This document shows, in pieces, positions 9,010-18,817 of a stretch of 64,000 bases of DNA; positions within the stretch are counted from its first letter, which is position 1, and each line of letters starts with the position of its first letter. This DNA comes from an uncultured Candidatus Saccharibacteria bacterium. GTDB lineage: Bacteria > Patescibacteriota > Minisyncoccia > Phycocordibacterales > UBA9973. The DNA lies in assembly GCA_964596395.1 (NCBI GenBank), contig CAZQSY010000001.1, positions 108,091-172,090 of the forward strand, written 5' to 3'. The notes under the pieces were generated by a model. It saw only the letters and a list, made by a program, of their open reading frames with translations, had not been told where the DNA came from and did no database searches. The position numbers and the translations under genes were made by a program.

Positions 9010-9870
9010 CTATATCTGAAAAATCTTTTTGGCGTTTGCCAAAATACCCCTGGCGACATTTTCCTCGGGCAGGTTTTTTATCTGGGCAATTCTTTTTACT
9101 ACTTCCCTTACATAGACCGGCTCGTTCCTCTTGCCTCGGTAAGGTGCCGGCGCGAGGTACGGCGAATCAGTGTCGGTCAAAATCATATCAAGCGGAATTT
9201 CTTTCAAAATTTTCTCGTAATCGCAATTCCGGCCTGTTTTGCGCAGCGGGTAAGTAATCACGCCGGTAAAAGAAACCATAAAACCTAGAGAAACGAAATT
9301 GAGCGCGTCCTCTATGTCACCCTCGAAAAAATGCACCACACCTTTCACCTTTGCGTATTTTTCTAAAATATCCAGTGTGTCTTTATACGCGTTCCTGTCT
9401 TTTTTTTCGTAGTCGTTCCTGATATGAAGCATTAATGCCTTCCCTGTTTCGTTTGCTAATTCGATTTGTTCAATAAATGATTTAGCTTGTTTTTCAATAA
9501 GCCCCGGGTCAGTGCGGTAATAATCCAAACCGCACTCGCCAATCGCCACCGCTTTCGGGCTTTTCAGAATTTCGCGGTAAACATTTTTATCAAAGACCTC
9601 TCCGCGGGAAGTAAATTCTTTACCTCCCTCACCCAGTTCTTTTTCATCATGATATGAAGCGCTGGTATGTATTGGGTGGAGCCCAACAGCGGCATACACG
9701 CCCTCGCCGTATTTCTCGGCAAGCTCCACCGCTTTTCTTGAGGTGTCCGCCTGCGTGCCGACATTTATCATCCAGGTATCATTCTCAAGCGCTCTTTTTA
9801 TGACTTCTTCCCTGTCCGCCTCAAAAGCGCTGAAATTCACGTGGCAATGTATATCGATGTACTTAGACAT
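9010..9870 (-). CDS. tatD: TatD-family metal-dependent DNase/hydrolase
   Basis: IDIHCHVN, AIGECGLDY, HIRN, DTDSPYL motifs; conserved position downstream of metG. Confidence 0.9.
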   Translation of the reverse strand: MSKYIDIHCHVNFSAFEADREEVIKRALENDTWMINVGTQADTSRKAVELAEKYGEGVYAAVGLHPIHTSASYHDEKELGEGGKEFTSRGEVFDKNVYREILKSPKAVAIGECGLDYYRTDPGLIEKQAKSFIEQIELANETGKALMLHIRNDYEKKDRNAYKDTLDILEKYAKVKGVVHFFEGDIEDALNFVSLGFMVSFTGVITYPLRKTGRNCDYEKILKEIPLDMILTDTDSPYLAPAPYRGKRNEPVYVREVVKRIAQIKNLPEENVARGILANAKKIFQI

Positions 9871-9872
9871 AA

Positions 9873-11354
9873 TTATTCTTTCCTGAGAAAAAGCGGGGTT
9901 TCTGGTTTTTTGTTTTCTTTGATAAGGTTTTTAATTTTTTCCGATGTCTCCGGCAGAAACGGTAAAAGCTCATCTGCTATAGCGGAGATACCCAAAACCA
10001 ATTCTTTTATCATTCCCTTTCCTTTTTCTTCGTCCATTTTTATAACCTTGAAGGGTTCTTCTACTTGGATTTTTTTGTCTAAATTCTGCACCTGGTTCCA
10101 AATGTGCTCCATCGCTTTCTGCAAATCAAACTTTTCAAAATGTTCAGAAAATTCTTCCGGCAATTCTACTGAATTTACAGGCAAGGCCTGTAAATATTTT
10201 CCCGAGAGAGTCAAAACCCGTGAAACCAAATTCCCCAACCCATTCGCCAAGCCCGAATTGTACGCGTCTTTGAACCGCTCCAAGGTAAACGGACTGTCTT
10301 CGAAACTGCTGACTTCCTTCAGCAAAAAATACCGCAGGGCGTCCGTACCGTATTCTTTTACGATGTCCCTCGGGTCAACACCATTACCCAATGTTTTTGA
10401 CATCCTGATTCCACCCTCGCCTGTAATGAAACCGTTAACGACAATCTGGCGCGAATTCGGCAAGCCCGCCGCCATGAGCATCGCCTGCCACATCGCCCCT
10501 TGAAAACGGGTATTGTCTTTGCCGCAGTATTGCGTCGGATTGCCGTTCACCCAATATTTTTCAAAATTGCCGCTAGAACTCTCATCGGGCCCGCCTGCAA
10601 CGCTATGCGTAGCATTGCGGGCAGGCCAGCCAAGGGTAGAAATATAATTCGTCAGCGCGTCAAACCACACATACATCACATGCTCCGAGTCGCCCGGCAC
10701 AGGAACGCCCCAGGGCATTTTCGTTCTAAGGCGGGAAATTGAAAAATCCTGAAGCCCGGCTCTGACGAAGCTTTTGAGTTCGTTGAAGCGAAAATCTGGC
10801 ACGACGAAATCTGGATTCTTTTCATAGAATTGCAGAAGTTTCTCTTGAAACGCAGAATACTTGAAAAAATAATTTTCTTCTTTGATTGTCTCTAATTTTT
10901 TACCGGGATGCACCGGGCATTCGCCGTTTTCATCTAATTCCGATTCGGTTTTCTCGCTTTCACAACCCACGCAGTATTTTGTTTCGTAATCCTTTTTGTA
11001 TATATACCCGTTCTTCTCGACTCTCTGCCAAAATTCCTGCGCCGCCGCCTCATGCGGTTTATCGGTGGTGCGCACGAAATGCACATCCTCGCTTACTCCA
11101 AACATTTTGAGCTGTTCTTTAAATGTCTCGAACCCGCGGTCTACAAATTCCTGCGGCGGCAAGCCGGCTTCTTTCGCCTTTTCATAAATTTTCATCCCAT
11201 GCTCGTCGGTGCCGGTATTAAAGTACACGTCATAGCCAGAAAGTTTTTTGTAGCGGGCAATCGCGTCTGCCCGCACGAATTCAAGCGCGTGCCCCATGTG
11301 AAGCGGCGCGTTGACGTAGGGCAAAGTGGTTGTAATATAAAAACTTTTTATCAC
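9873..11354 (-). CDS. metG: Methionyl-tRNA synthetase
   Basis: HMGH (HIGH-type) motif, KMSKT motif (IRMSKTLGNGVDP), zinc knuckle CVGCESEK...CPVHPGK. Confidence 0.95.
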   Translation of the reverse strand: MIKSFYITTTLPYVNAPLHMGHALEFVRADAIARYKKLSGYDVYFNTGTDEHGMKIYEKAKEAGLPPQEFVDRGFETFKEQLKMFGVSEDVHFVRTTDKPHEAAAQEFWQRVEKNGYIYKKDYETKYCVGCESEKTESELDENGECPVHPGKKLETIKEENYFFKYSAFQEKLLQFYEKNPDFVVPDFRFNELKSFVRAGLQDFSISRLRTKMPWGVPVPGDSEHVMYVWFDALTNYISTLGWPARNATHSVAGGPDESSSGNFEKYWVNGNPTQYCGKDNTRFQGAMWQAMLMAAGLPNSRQIVVNGFITGEGGIRMSKTLGNGVDPRDIVKEYGTDALRYFLLKEVSSFEDSPFTLERFKDAYNSGLANGLGNLVSRVLTLSGKYLQALPVNSVELPEEFSEHFEKFDLQKAMEHIWNQVQNLDKKIQVEEPFKVIKMDEEKGKGMIKELVLGISAIADELLPFLPETSEKIKNLIKENKKPETPLFLRKE

Positions 11355-12436
11355 TTTTCTTTAGAAGCAATCTTTTTCTTCTCCATATCGCTCATCAGCT
11401 CCATAATAAACACCGACACCGGTATGGCAAGCACTAATCCCCAAAAACCGCCGAGCTCAAAACCAATGAGGGCGGAAATAATAACCACTAGGGGCGAAAG
11501 ACCAACAACGCTTTTTATAATGAGGGGGGCAAACAAGAAATTCTCAAACTGCTGAAGTATTACATATGCGCCGGTCACCATAAGCGCGCTAGGCACTCCG
11601 CCCGACAAAAACGCGAAATATAAAGCCGGCACTAAAGAGACAAAAAAGCCGTAAGGTATGAATTCGAGCGCGCCGGCTATGATAGAAAGAAGCAGAGCGT
11701 ACGGTATGCCCATCACTGAAAGCATCAGATAGGTGAGCACCGCCATTAAGATAGCCAGAAGCAGCTGGCCCTTCATCCAAAGTGCTATCTTCTTTCTAGA
11801 CCTTTCCCATAAATCAACTACATACTCTTCATGCTCGGGAGGCAATATGATTCTTAAGAATTTTTCTATTCCCTTTTCCTGTATAGCGAGATAGAAGGAT
11901 ATCAAAACTATGAGTATGACATTGAAAATACTGCCGAAAGCTACCGAAAGCGCTTCAAAGAAACCGCTTGAGAGTTTAGTAATAAATGCGTTTGAAGTAG
12001 AGACAAGCGTAGAAAAAGACAAGCCGTGCGAGAGATTACCGATTACATCCTTCGCGCCTGAGAAAGCATCGTTCTTGAAGTAATTTATCAGGGGCGAATT
12101 CGGAACGTATTCCGAAATAAAGACGGAAAGGTTATAAACCTCGGTGATAAGAAGCGGAGCAAAAAGGTAAAACAGAAAAGCCATCAGAAGAATGATAAGA
12201 ATATAAAGTATCACTACCCCAAAAACCCTGTTTAGTTTCCACTTTTTGAAATGAGGCGCCGCCGACTCTACGAAAGAAGCTATTATCACCGCGGTCAAGA
12301 TAACCAGAAGGAGGTCTCGCAAAAACCAAATCATGAAAAAACCGATGGCCACCAGGAAAAACCGCACAATCGTGCCGGTAGAAAGGACTATTGGAGTTGT
12401 ATTGTCCCGTCCGGGCATACGGACATCATAACACAA
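11351..12436 (-). CDS. AI-2E family (PerM/UPF0118-like) membrane transporter
   Basis: 8 predicted TM helices; pattern typical of the AI-2E family. Confidence 0.6.
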   Translation of the reverse strand: MCYDVRMPGRDNTTPIVLSTGTIVRFFLVAIGFFMIWFLRDLLLVILTAVIIASFVESAAPHFKKWKLNRVFGVVILYILIILLMAFLFYLFAPLLITEVYNLSVFISEYVPNSPLINYFKNDAFSGAKDVIGNLSHGLSFSTLVSTSNAFITKLSSGFFEALSVAFGSIFNVILIVLISFYLAIQEKGIEKFLRIILPPEHEEYVVDLWERSRKKIALWMKGQLLLAILMAVLTYLMLSVMGIPYALLLSIIAGALEFIPYGFFVSLVPALYFAFLSGGVPSALMVTGAYVILQQFENFLFAPLIIKSVVGLSPLVVIISALIGFELGGFWGLVLAIPVSVFIMELMSDMEKKKIASKEK

Positions 12437-12456
12437 CAGCGCCGCGCGGAAAAATT

Positions 12457-13725
12457 TTAAAGTTTGAGTATTTCCAGAAATCTGCCCCTATCTTTAAACG
12501 GCCCGATGAGGGCTAGATTAAGTTTTTCGTTTCTAAAAATCTTTCTGGCCATATTTCGCACCTCCTCGGCCGTGACTTTCCTTATTTCTTCGGCCTTTTC
12601 TTCGGATGTTTTTATTTCTTTCTTCAAAAGCTCCTGCCCGCCGTAAAAATTCGCTATGTCGTCGCTAGATTCGAGTGAGAGCTCCATATTGCCCACCAGA
12701 CACTCCTTCGTTCTTTCTAGTTCGCCCTCCGGAATTTTCTCTTCTTTTAATTTATTAAATTCAGCCAGAATAACTTTTATAACCTCTTCTATCCTTTGAT
12801 TATTCACGCCGGCCGAGACCTGAAAAAATCCGTGGTCGGTGTAGGCATCGTCGTAAGCGCGCACGTAGTACCCCACCCCCATTTCTTCGCGCAGTTTCTG
12901 AAAAAGGCGCGAGCTCATACTCCCACCCAAAACCCCGGCCAAAACTTGAAGCGCCGCGTTCCGCTTGTCAAAAAGTCCGAAACTTCGCACGCCGAGCACG
13001 AAATGCGTTTGGTCGGTTTCCTTAAATTTCAAAAGAACGGCCGGTTTCTTTTGCGTTTCTTTCGTTTTCACTTTGCCTGCCTTCTTGCCTCGAGAAACCT
13101 TACCGAAGGTTCTTTCGACTTCCTTACGAACTTCATTTTCTTCCACCCTGCCCGCCACGACCACCAGCGTCGCTTCGGGTAAATAATGAACTTTCTTGTA
13201 CTTAACGAAGTCGTCCCGCCTCATCGCCAAAATATTCTTCTTCTCGCCGGCAATGTTCCACCCGGCCGGCTGGTCACCGTACAAGAGCTTCATTACGAGG
13301 TCCTGCACGTGCCGCTGGGGCATGTCTTCGTACATATTTATCTCTTCGACAATCACGCCTTTTTCTTTTTCCATTTCCGTCTCCGGAAAAGTGGAATTAA
13401 GATAAACATCCGAAACCACGTCGAAAATTTTCCTAAAATGTCTCGCGTCGGCTTTGGCGTAGTAGCCCGTGTATTCTTGCGCGGTGAAAGCGTTGTATTG
13501 GCTGCCGATAGCGTCGAGCTCTTTCGAAATATCTATCGCTTTTGGCCTTTTTTCTGTACCCTTGAAACACATATGCTCCAAAAAATGTGAAATACCATTT
13601 ACTTTTTTCGTCTCGTATTTCGAACCGGCTTCTACCAAGACCAGCACCGTAACCGTCGGGTTGTCCTTCATCGGCACGGTGATTAACTTCAGCCCATTTT
13701 TTAAAACTTTTTTTGAGAATTTCAT
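12457..13725 (-). CDS. M16-family zinc peptidase (insulinase/pitrilysin-like)
   Basis: Inverted zincin motif HFLEHMCFKGT (HxxEH) near the N-terminus, about 420 aa. Confidence 0.85.
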   Translation of the reverse strand: MKFSKKVLKNGLKLITVPMKDNPTVTVLVLVEAGSKYETKKVNGISHFLEHMCFKGTEKRPKAIDISKELDAIGSQYNAFTAQEYTGYYAKADARHFRKIFDVVSDVYLNSTFPETEMEKEKGVIVEEINMYEDMPQRHVQDLVMKLLYGDQPAGWNIAGEKKNILAMRRDDFVKYKKVHYLPEATLVVVAGRVEENEVRKEVERTFGKVSRGKKAGKVKTKETQKKPAVLLKFKETDQTHFVLGVRSFGLFDKRNAALQVLAGVLGGSMSSRLFQKLREEMGVGYYVRAYDDAYTDHGFFQVSAGVNNQRIEEVIKVILAEFNKLKEEKIPEGELERTKECLVGNMELSLESSDDIANFYGGQELLKKEIKTSEEKAEEIRKVTAEEVRNMARKIFRNEKLNLALIGPFKDRGRFLEILKL

Positions 13726-13730
13726 GTTTT

Positions 13731-14171
13731 TTATTTTGGCAATTTGTCTTTAAATCTTTCTAAAATAATTGGGGTACTTGAATGGAGGGGATCTGGAAGG
13801 TTATTTAAGTTGAACCACCCGATGTCTTCAAAACTATCAAAGTCATTGTCATTATTAATAACTTTAGACGGGTCAAGAAGAACAAGAAACACTAAAAGAA
13901 CCCAGTGAGTATTTGTATCTCCCATACTGCGAAAAAGATCCATAAAACCTAAAAATTCATAACTTATTGGTTCTGCGTTATTTTCTTCTTTCAGCTCTCT
14001 CCTTAAACAATCTTCAACTTTCTCGTGCATATCAAGCGTCCCGCCGCCGAATTCCCATGCACCGTGTTCATCACGGCAACGTATACCTCTTTTTTTCATC
14101 AAAAATTTGCCACTGCCGTCATGACAAATATGAGTAATAGAGATGCCAATGCAATCTATTCCTTGTTTCAT
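13731..14171 (-). CDS. NUDIX hydrolase
   Basis: Nudix box GGGTLDMHEKVEDCLRRELKEENN. Confidence 0.8.
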   Translation of the reverse strand: MKQGIDCIGISITHICHDGSGKFLMKKRGIRCRDEHGAWEFGGGTLDMHEKVEDCLRRELKEENNAEPISYEFLGFMDLFRSMGDTNTHWVLLVFLVLLDPSKVINNDNDFDSFEDIGWFNLNNLPDPLHSSTPIILERFKDKLPK

Positions 14172-14172
14172 A

Positions 14173-15558
14173 CTAAATTTTTCCTTTTATAAAATTTATC
14201 AACCCCGCCACTTTCACTCTCTCCTGTTGCCCTGTATCTCTGTCGCGGACGGTGACTGTGTCGTCGGTGAGTGTGTCGAAGTCTATGGTAATGCAAAAAG
14301 GCGTGCCGATTTCGTCCTGCCTTCGATAGCGCTTGCCTATATTGCCGTTATCGTCCCACATCACTCGGCCAAATTCCACCTTGAGCGGGGCAAAAACTTT
14401 TTCACTAGCATAGTTCACCAACTCGGGCTTGTTTTTAAGCAAAGGTGAGACAGCGCAAATTACCGGCGCGATAGCAGGGTTAAATTTCAAAAAGGCGCGT
14501 GCTTCGTCTCCTTTCTCGTCTTCCGAATAAGCGGAGAGAAGCAAGGCCAGAATCGCACGGTCAAGCCCGAAAGACGGCTCAATTACATGTGGCACTATTT
14601 TTTGCTTGGTTTCCTCGTCCATATATTCAAGCCCGTGATTTTTTAAATCAAAATCGGTACGATAAGCCAAACCGAAAAGTTCTTTACGGCCGAAAGGATA
14701 GTCAAATTCAAAATCAATAGTTCTTTTTGAGTAATGCGCTCTGTCTTCGTCTGGTACTTCTAGCTCGTGCACCTTGCCCATATCAATTCCCACTTCTTCC
14801 ATCCATTCATTCATTTCGTCCTTCCAGTATTCAAAATATTTTTCCCATTCTTCCGGCCTGATAAAGTATTCTATTTCCATCTGTTCAAACTCTCGCAGAC
14901 GGAAAATAAAATCCCGCGGAGTGATTTCGTTCCTAAACGCTTTCCCGATTTGCGCCGTACCGAATGGAAGCTTTGGATGGTAAGCATCGACAACATTTTT
15001 AAAATTCACAAACATTCCTTGCGCGGTCTCGGGGCGGAGGTACGAAATCGCAGAAGAGTCGTCTGAAGCGCCGACTTTTGTCTGAAACATCATGTTAAAT
15101 TGTTTCGGTAATTCAAGCGTTTTACCGAGAATCCATTTTTCGCCACATTTCGGACACTTTGTCCCCGAATCCATTTTAATGTGTTTTCCTTTCATGCCAT
15201 TTTCTAAATTTTCTTCAGAATAGCTAAGTCCTGAAACCTGATCCGCTCGAAATTTTTCTTTGCATTTTTTACATTCAATCATCGGGTCGGCGAAATTCGC
15301 CACATGTCCTGTCGCCTGCCAAACTTCCTGCCGCATTAAAATAGCCGCATCCACGCCATACATATCCTGCCTTCCGTCGACGAACTTTTTCCACCAGGAG
15401 TTTTTGATATTATTTTTCAGCGCCACACCGAAGTGTCCCCAGTCGTAAGCGCCGCCGAGACCGCCGTAAATCTCCGAGCCGGAAAAAACAAACCCCCGCC
15501 GTTTGCAGAGCGAGACAATTTTATCCATCAAGTTGTTTTCTTTGTCAGAATTTTTCAT
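14173..15558 (-). CDS. glyQS: Glycyl-tRNA synthetase, alpha2 (class II) type
   Basis: About 460 aa single-chain GlyRS; RGFVFSGSEIYGGLGGAYDWGHFG; class II motifs and anticodon-binding C-terminus. Confidence 0.9.
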   Translation of the reverse strand: MKNSDKENNLMDKIVSLCKRRGFVFSGSEIYGGLGGAYDWGHFGVALKNNIKNSWWKKFVDGRQDMYGVDAAILMRQEVWQATGHVANFADPMIECKKCKEKFRADQVSGLSYSEENLENGMKGKHIKMDSGTKCPKCGEKWILGKTLELPKQFNMMFQTKVGASDDSSAISYLRPETAQGMFVNFKNVVDAYHPKLPFGTAQIGKAFRNEITPRDFIFRLREFEQMEIEYFIRPEEWEKYFEYWKDEMNEWMEEVGIDMGKVHELEVPDEDRAHYSKRTIDFEFDYPFGRKELFGLAYRTDFDLKNHGLEYMDEETKQKIVPHVIEPSFGLDRAILALLLSAYSEDEKGDEARAFLKFNPAIAPVICAVSPLLKNKPELVNYASEKVFAPLKVEFGRVMWDDNGNIGKRYRRQDEIGTPFCITIDFDTLTDDTVTVRDRDTGQQERVKVAGLINFIKGKI

Positions 15559-15585
15559 CAGGATTTTTAAAACCGCGGCCGGCCG

Positions 15586-17517
15586 TTACTCGGAAACCCT
15601 TCCCCCGTCAAACGGAAAGCCGGGGTCGTTCAACAATTTCGTGTCTAACCCCGTTCTTTTCACCTTTATGTCCACATTAGCAAAATCATCGTGCCCGGTC
15701 AAAACGGATTCATTGATAATGAGAGGGGTCGAACCGGTCTGAGACAGCGAGGGGATAAACTCAATCTGGAAAGAAACTTCTTTCCCCGCCGCGACAATGC
15801 CTGCGCCCTTGGGCACAGTACCGACGGTCCACAAGACCTCACGGGTAGAAGAATTATAAACCAAGTTTTCTCCGGACGGGACGGGAGAGCCGACCATTTT
15901 GACCCAAGGGGGTAAACTGGCGCGAACCGATACCTTAGAGACGCTGTTTGAAGTGTTGGTCAAAGACCAGGAGACGGTATAAGTCGTCTTCGATCCGGCT
16001 CGGGGTGGTATCGGGCCGGTATTCGTAAAAGGCCCCGAGTAGTAAAAAGCTTTGGTTGAAAGACCAACATCTGATTTAATCCTAATTATCCCTTTTTCAC
16101 TCCCGCTAAGTTCGGTAACCGAATCGCCAATATCAGGCCTTATACCGGTCGTAAAGACCTCTATCGAAATCTCGGGCGAAGATATTACCCCGCCCGAAGC
16201 GCTGTATAGAGGCAGAGCGTAGAAAGAAAAAGATACGTTACCTGCTTCGCCGGGCGAAACTTCGGCAAATTTGTTCCGCGAATTTTTATCCCAGATTATC
16301 ACGTCCTGCGACGAATCGTAGAAACCTTCGTTGGCCGAGATAGTCCTCTTGTCTAAAGCATTGCCGGATATTTTCGCCTTGATTTGCATATTTTTGATTT
16401 TCGTATCCAAATTGTTCTCCCATTGAATCTGCCCGACCACGCTGGTCCTAGAATCTACTGCGTATTCCCTGCTTGAGACGCCGTTCACGAATAAAACTGT
16501 CTCTACCGACGGCTTTTGTACCAGCAAGCTGTGTTCCGAGGAATTGAAGAAGGTGCCTATAGAGTACTTATCTCTCGGAGAGGGCGCACCGCTCGAAACC
16601 CGGAAAATTTTTTCTTCCCCTTCAAAGACATCCGTCATCCGGCCTGATATTTTTACTTCCCTTTCCACACCCGGTGCGAGATCCCCCAAAACCCAAACAT
16701 TGTTGCCAAAAGACGGAGCGGGATTTGCCTCAATAAACTGGAAACCGATAGGGTAATCAACCCGAAGCAATACGTCGGGAACACCTTTGCCGGAATTCAA
16801 GGAGGCCTTGATGTTGAGGTCTATATCCTGATTGGGAGTGGCCTCCCGCGGAGCGTCAACGAGCAAATTGACAGGGGTGGAATTTATGAAAATGTCAAAA
16901 AGTTTTTCTTTGACAAAAATCGCGTTTGACCCCTCCACTCGGTACTCTAATGTTATTTTTACTTCCCTCTTGCTTCCTTGTTCGCCGTACAAAATCAGCT
17001 TCACACTTTCGTTTTTCACTCCGCTGGCCGGTATGGTACCGAGTGACACGCGCACGCGTTCTTTGTCGTCGCTTCCGGACACTGCGGAATTTTTCGAATA
17101 TTCAAACACTACGTCCGCTAATTCAAGCGGGGTGTTGTTTTTGTTTGATACCTGCAAAAGAAGCGAGTACTCTTCACCGCCTTCGGTGAAGGCCGCGCTT
17201 TTCACCGAAATGTCTATATTCTCGTTCGATACGGTATTGCTCTCAGCGAAAAACATGTACGCCGCGTATCCCAAGGCTAAGGTAAAAAATATCAGCGAAA
17301 AAACAAAAAATTTTTTGAACATGGATGTCTGCATGAAAAATTGTTCCTTCACCTCGGGCTCACGAAGCCCTTCTTTCTGCCAAGAATCCGGCACTTCTTT
17401 GTTTTGAAAATGAGGAAAACTGTCGCGGTGCTCTACTCTCGTCTGGTAATTCTTGTTGAAAAGCTTAGCTTTAAGCTGTTCTATTTTATTCAGCTTGTCT
17501 TCGCTTAAAGGCGGCAT
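15586..17517 (-). CDS. Hypothetical membrane-anchored surface protein (large extracytoplasmic beta-rich domain)
   Basis: 643 aa; about 70-aa cytoplasmic N-terminus, one TM helix (FFVFSLIFFTLALGYAAYMFF), then Ig/CARDB-like repetitive extracellular region; no catalytic motif recognised. Confidence 0.5.
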   Translation of the reverse strand: MPPLSEDKLNKIEQLKAKLFNKNYQTRVEHRDSFPHFQNKEVPDSWQKEGLREPEVKEQFFMQTSMFKKFFVFSLIFFTLALGYAAYMFFAESNTVSNENIDISVKSAAFTEGGEEYSLLLQVSNKNNTPLELADVVFEYSKNSAVSGSDDKERVRVSLGTIPASGVKNESVKLILYGEQGSKREVKITLEYRVEGSNAIFVKEKLFDIFINSTPVNLLVDAPREATPNQDIDLNIKASLNSGKGVPDVLLRVDYPIGFQFIEANPAPSFGNNVWVLGDLAPGVEREVKISGRMTDVFEGEEKIFRVSSGAPSPRDKYSIGTFFNSSEHSLLVQKPSVETVLFVNGVSSREYAVDSRTSVVGQIQWENNLDTKIKNMQIKAKISGNALDKRTISANEGFYDSSQDVIIWDKNSRNKFAEVSPGEAGNVSFSFYALPLYSASGGVISSPEISIEVFTTGIRPDIGDSVTELSGSEKGIIRIKSDVGLSTKAFYYSGPFTNTGPIPPRAGSKTTYTVSWSLTNTSNSVSKVSVRASLPPWVKMVGSPVPSGENLVYNSSTREVLWTVGTVPKGAGIVAAGKEVSFQIEFIPSLSQTGSTPLIINESVLTGHDDFANVDIKVKRTGLDTKLLNDPGFPFDGGRVSE

Positions 17518-17536
17518 TACCCAATTGTAGCATACT

Positions 17537-18118
17537 CTAAAGATGTGTTTCTTTCAGAGCGCTGTTTATTTCGCGAAGTATCCGCGCCCTGTTCTTCGAG
17601 GCCTCAAAAATCAAATTCTCTTCAAACGGCGACTCGGTGAGGTTGCCGATGGCCTCATTGCCTCCGCCTATGTACCCCAGCTTGTGTAAAATACGCAGCA
17701 CTATCACCGCTTCGACGCTGCCTGTTTCTTGCGGCATCGCCGATTTTTCCAAAACGCGCAACCCGCTCAAAATATCTCCGAACAAAGCCGGGTTCGGGTC
17801 CTCACCCGGCAAGAGCCGTATCAAAAGCTTCGCGATGTTCCCCATTGTCGGCAAAATTTCGGGCGCGAGCAGGCCGCAAAGCTCGTTCGTCTTTGAAGCA
17901 CTGCCTATGCGCCAGAAATCTTTCCCTTTTACCAGGTCAATCTTCACATAAGAGAAATCCTGAAGCACATAACGCAATTTTGAAGACATTTTGCGCACGC
18001 CCGAGGCCGTAGCCAAGACCAACCCCAAATCGCGGGTGCACAAGCGGTAATATTTGCCGGTCTCGCCAAAATTTCTGCTCCCCAAAACTATGCCCTCGGT
18101 GTGATAAATGTGATGCAT
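17537..18118 (-). CDS. recO: DNA repair protein RecO (short form)
   Basis: N-terminal OB-fold region EGIVLGSRNFGETGKYYRLCTRDLGLV resembles RecO; 193 aa. Confidence 0.6.
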   Translation of the reverse strand: MHHIYHTEGIVLGSRNFGETGKYYRLCTRDLGLVLATASGVRKMSSKLRYVLQDFSYVKIDLVKGKDFWRIGSASKTNELCGLLAPEILPTMGNIAKLLIRLLPGEDPNPALFGDILSGLRVLEKSAMPQETGSVEAVIVLRILHKLGYIGGGNEAIGNLTESPFEENLIFEASKNRARILREINSALKETHL

Positions 18119-18121
18119 GCG

Positions 18122-18153
18122 TTACATAATCTATTACGTAATAGATTATGTAA
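18122..18153. promoter_or_regulatory. 32-bp perfect palindrome ttacataatctattacg|cgtaatagattatgtaa, 4 bp upstream of the recO start codon
   Basis: Exact self-complementarity checked base by base; sits in the 39-bp gap between the HD-domain gene and recO. Confidence 0.5.
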
Positions 18154-18157
18154 CTAA

Positions 18158-18817
18158 TTATATAACGAAATCCCGGAGTTCTTCTATTATTGGCTTGACT
18201 GTCTCGTCGTTTATATCTTCCGGCTTGATTTTGCACTTCGCGAAAATTTGCTTTTCAATGTTTCTCAGCGACTCACACAGGGGCTCAAAATTATCTGTCG
18301 CGATGGCGTGATTCAATTCTTTTATTCTTGCCAAGTATCTCTTTCTGCCTTCCTGAATACGCTCTCCCATAGAAACCACGCCGTGCGGGCTAACCCTCAT
18401 ATCTGAATAATTGGTAATTTTCTCCGCGAAAGACCCGCTTTGTTCAACCTCCGCGGCCTTAGAAAACCCCAGATTTTCAAGAAACATTCCGATCCCTCCC
18501 GAGACCCCCATCTCTTCAGCTATTAGTTTCGTGGCCAGATACTCGTCCGCGCCATATTTTCTCACATATTCATCTTTAACCTTTTGCCAATGTTCCAGCC
18601 CTTCCGGCTCCAGGAACTCCGGGAAGGCATTTAGATTGAACTTGATTATATTTCCCATATCATGAAGCAAACATGCCGTAACAATTTCCTGTCTTGGTAA
18701 GACCTCATCGAAATTTTCGCAAACCAAATACGCCACCGCCGCCACACGTAGCATGTGCTCCTGCAAACTAGGCATAATCTTATACTCTTCGTAAATTTCA
18801 GTGATTTTTCTTGCCAC
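18158..18817 (-). CDS. HD-domain phosphohydrolase
   Basis: H...HD signature (LQEHMLRVA ... LLHDMGNIIKF). Confidence 0.6.
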   Translation of the reverse strand: MARKITEIYEEYKIMPSLQEHMLRVAAVAYLVCENFDEVLPRQEIVTACLLHDMGNIIKFNLNAFPEFLEPEGLEHWQKVKDEYVRKYGADEYLATKLIAEEMGVSGGIGMFLENLGFSKAAEVEQSGSFAEKITNYSDMRVSPHGVVSMGERIQEGRKRYLARIKELNHAIATDNFEPLCESLRNIEKQIFAKCKIKPEDINDETVKPIIEELRDFVI

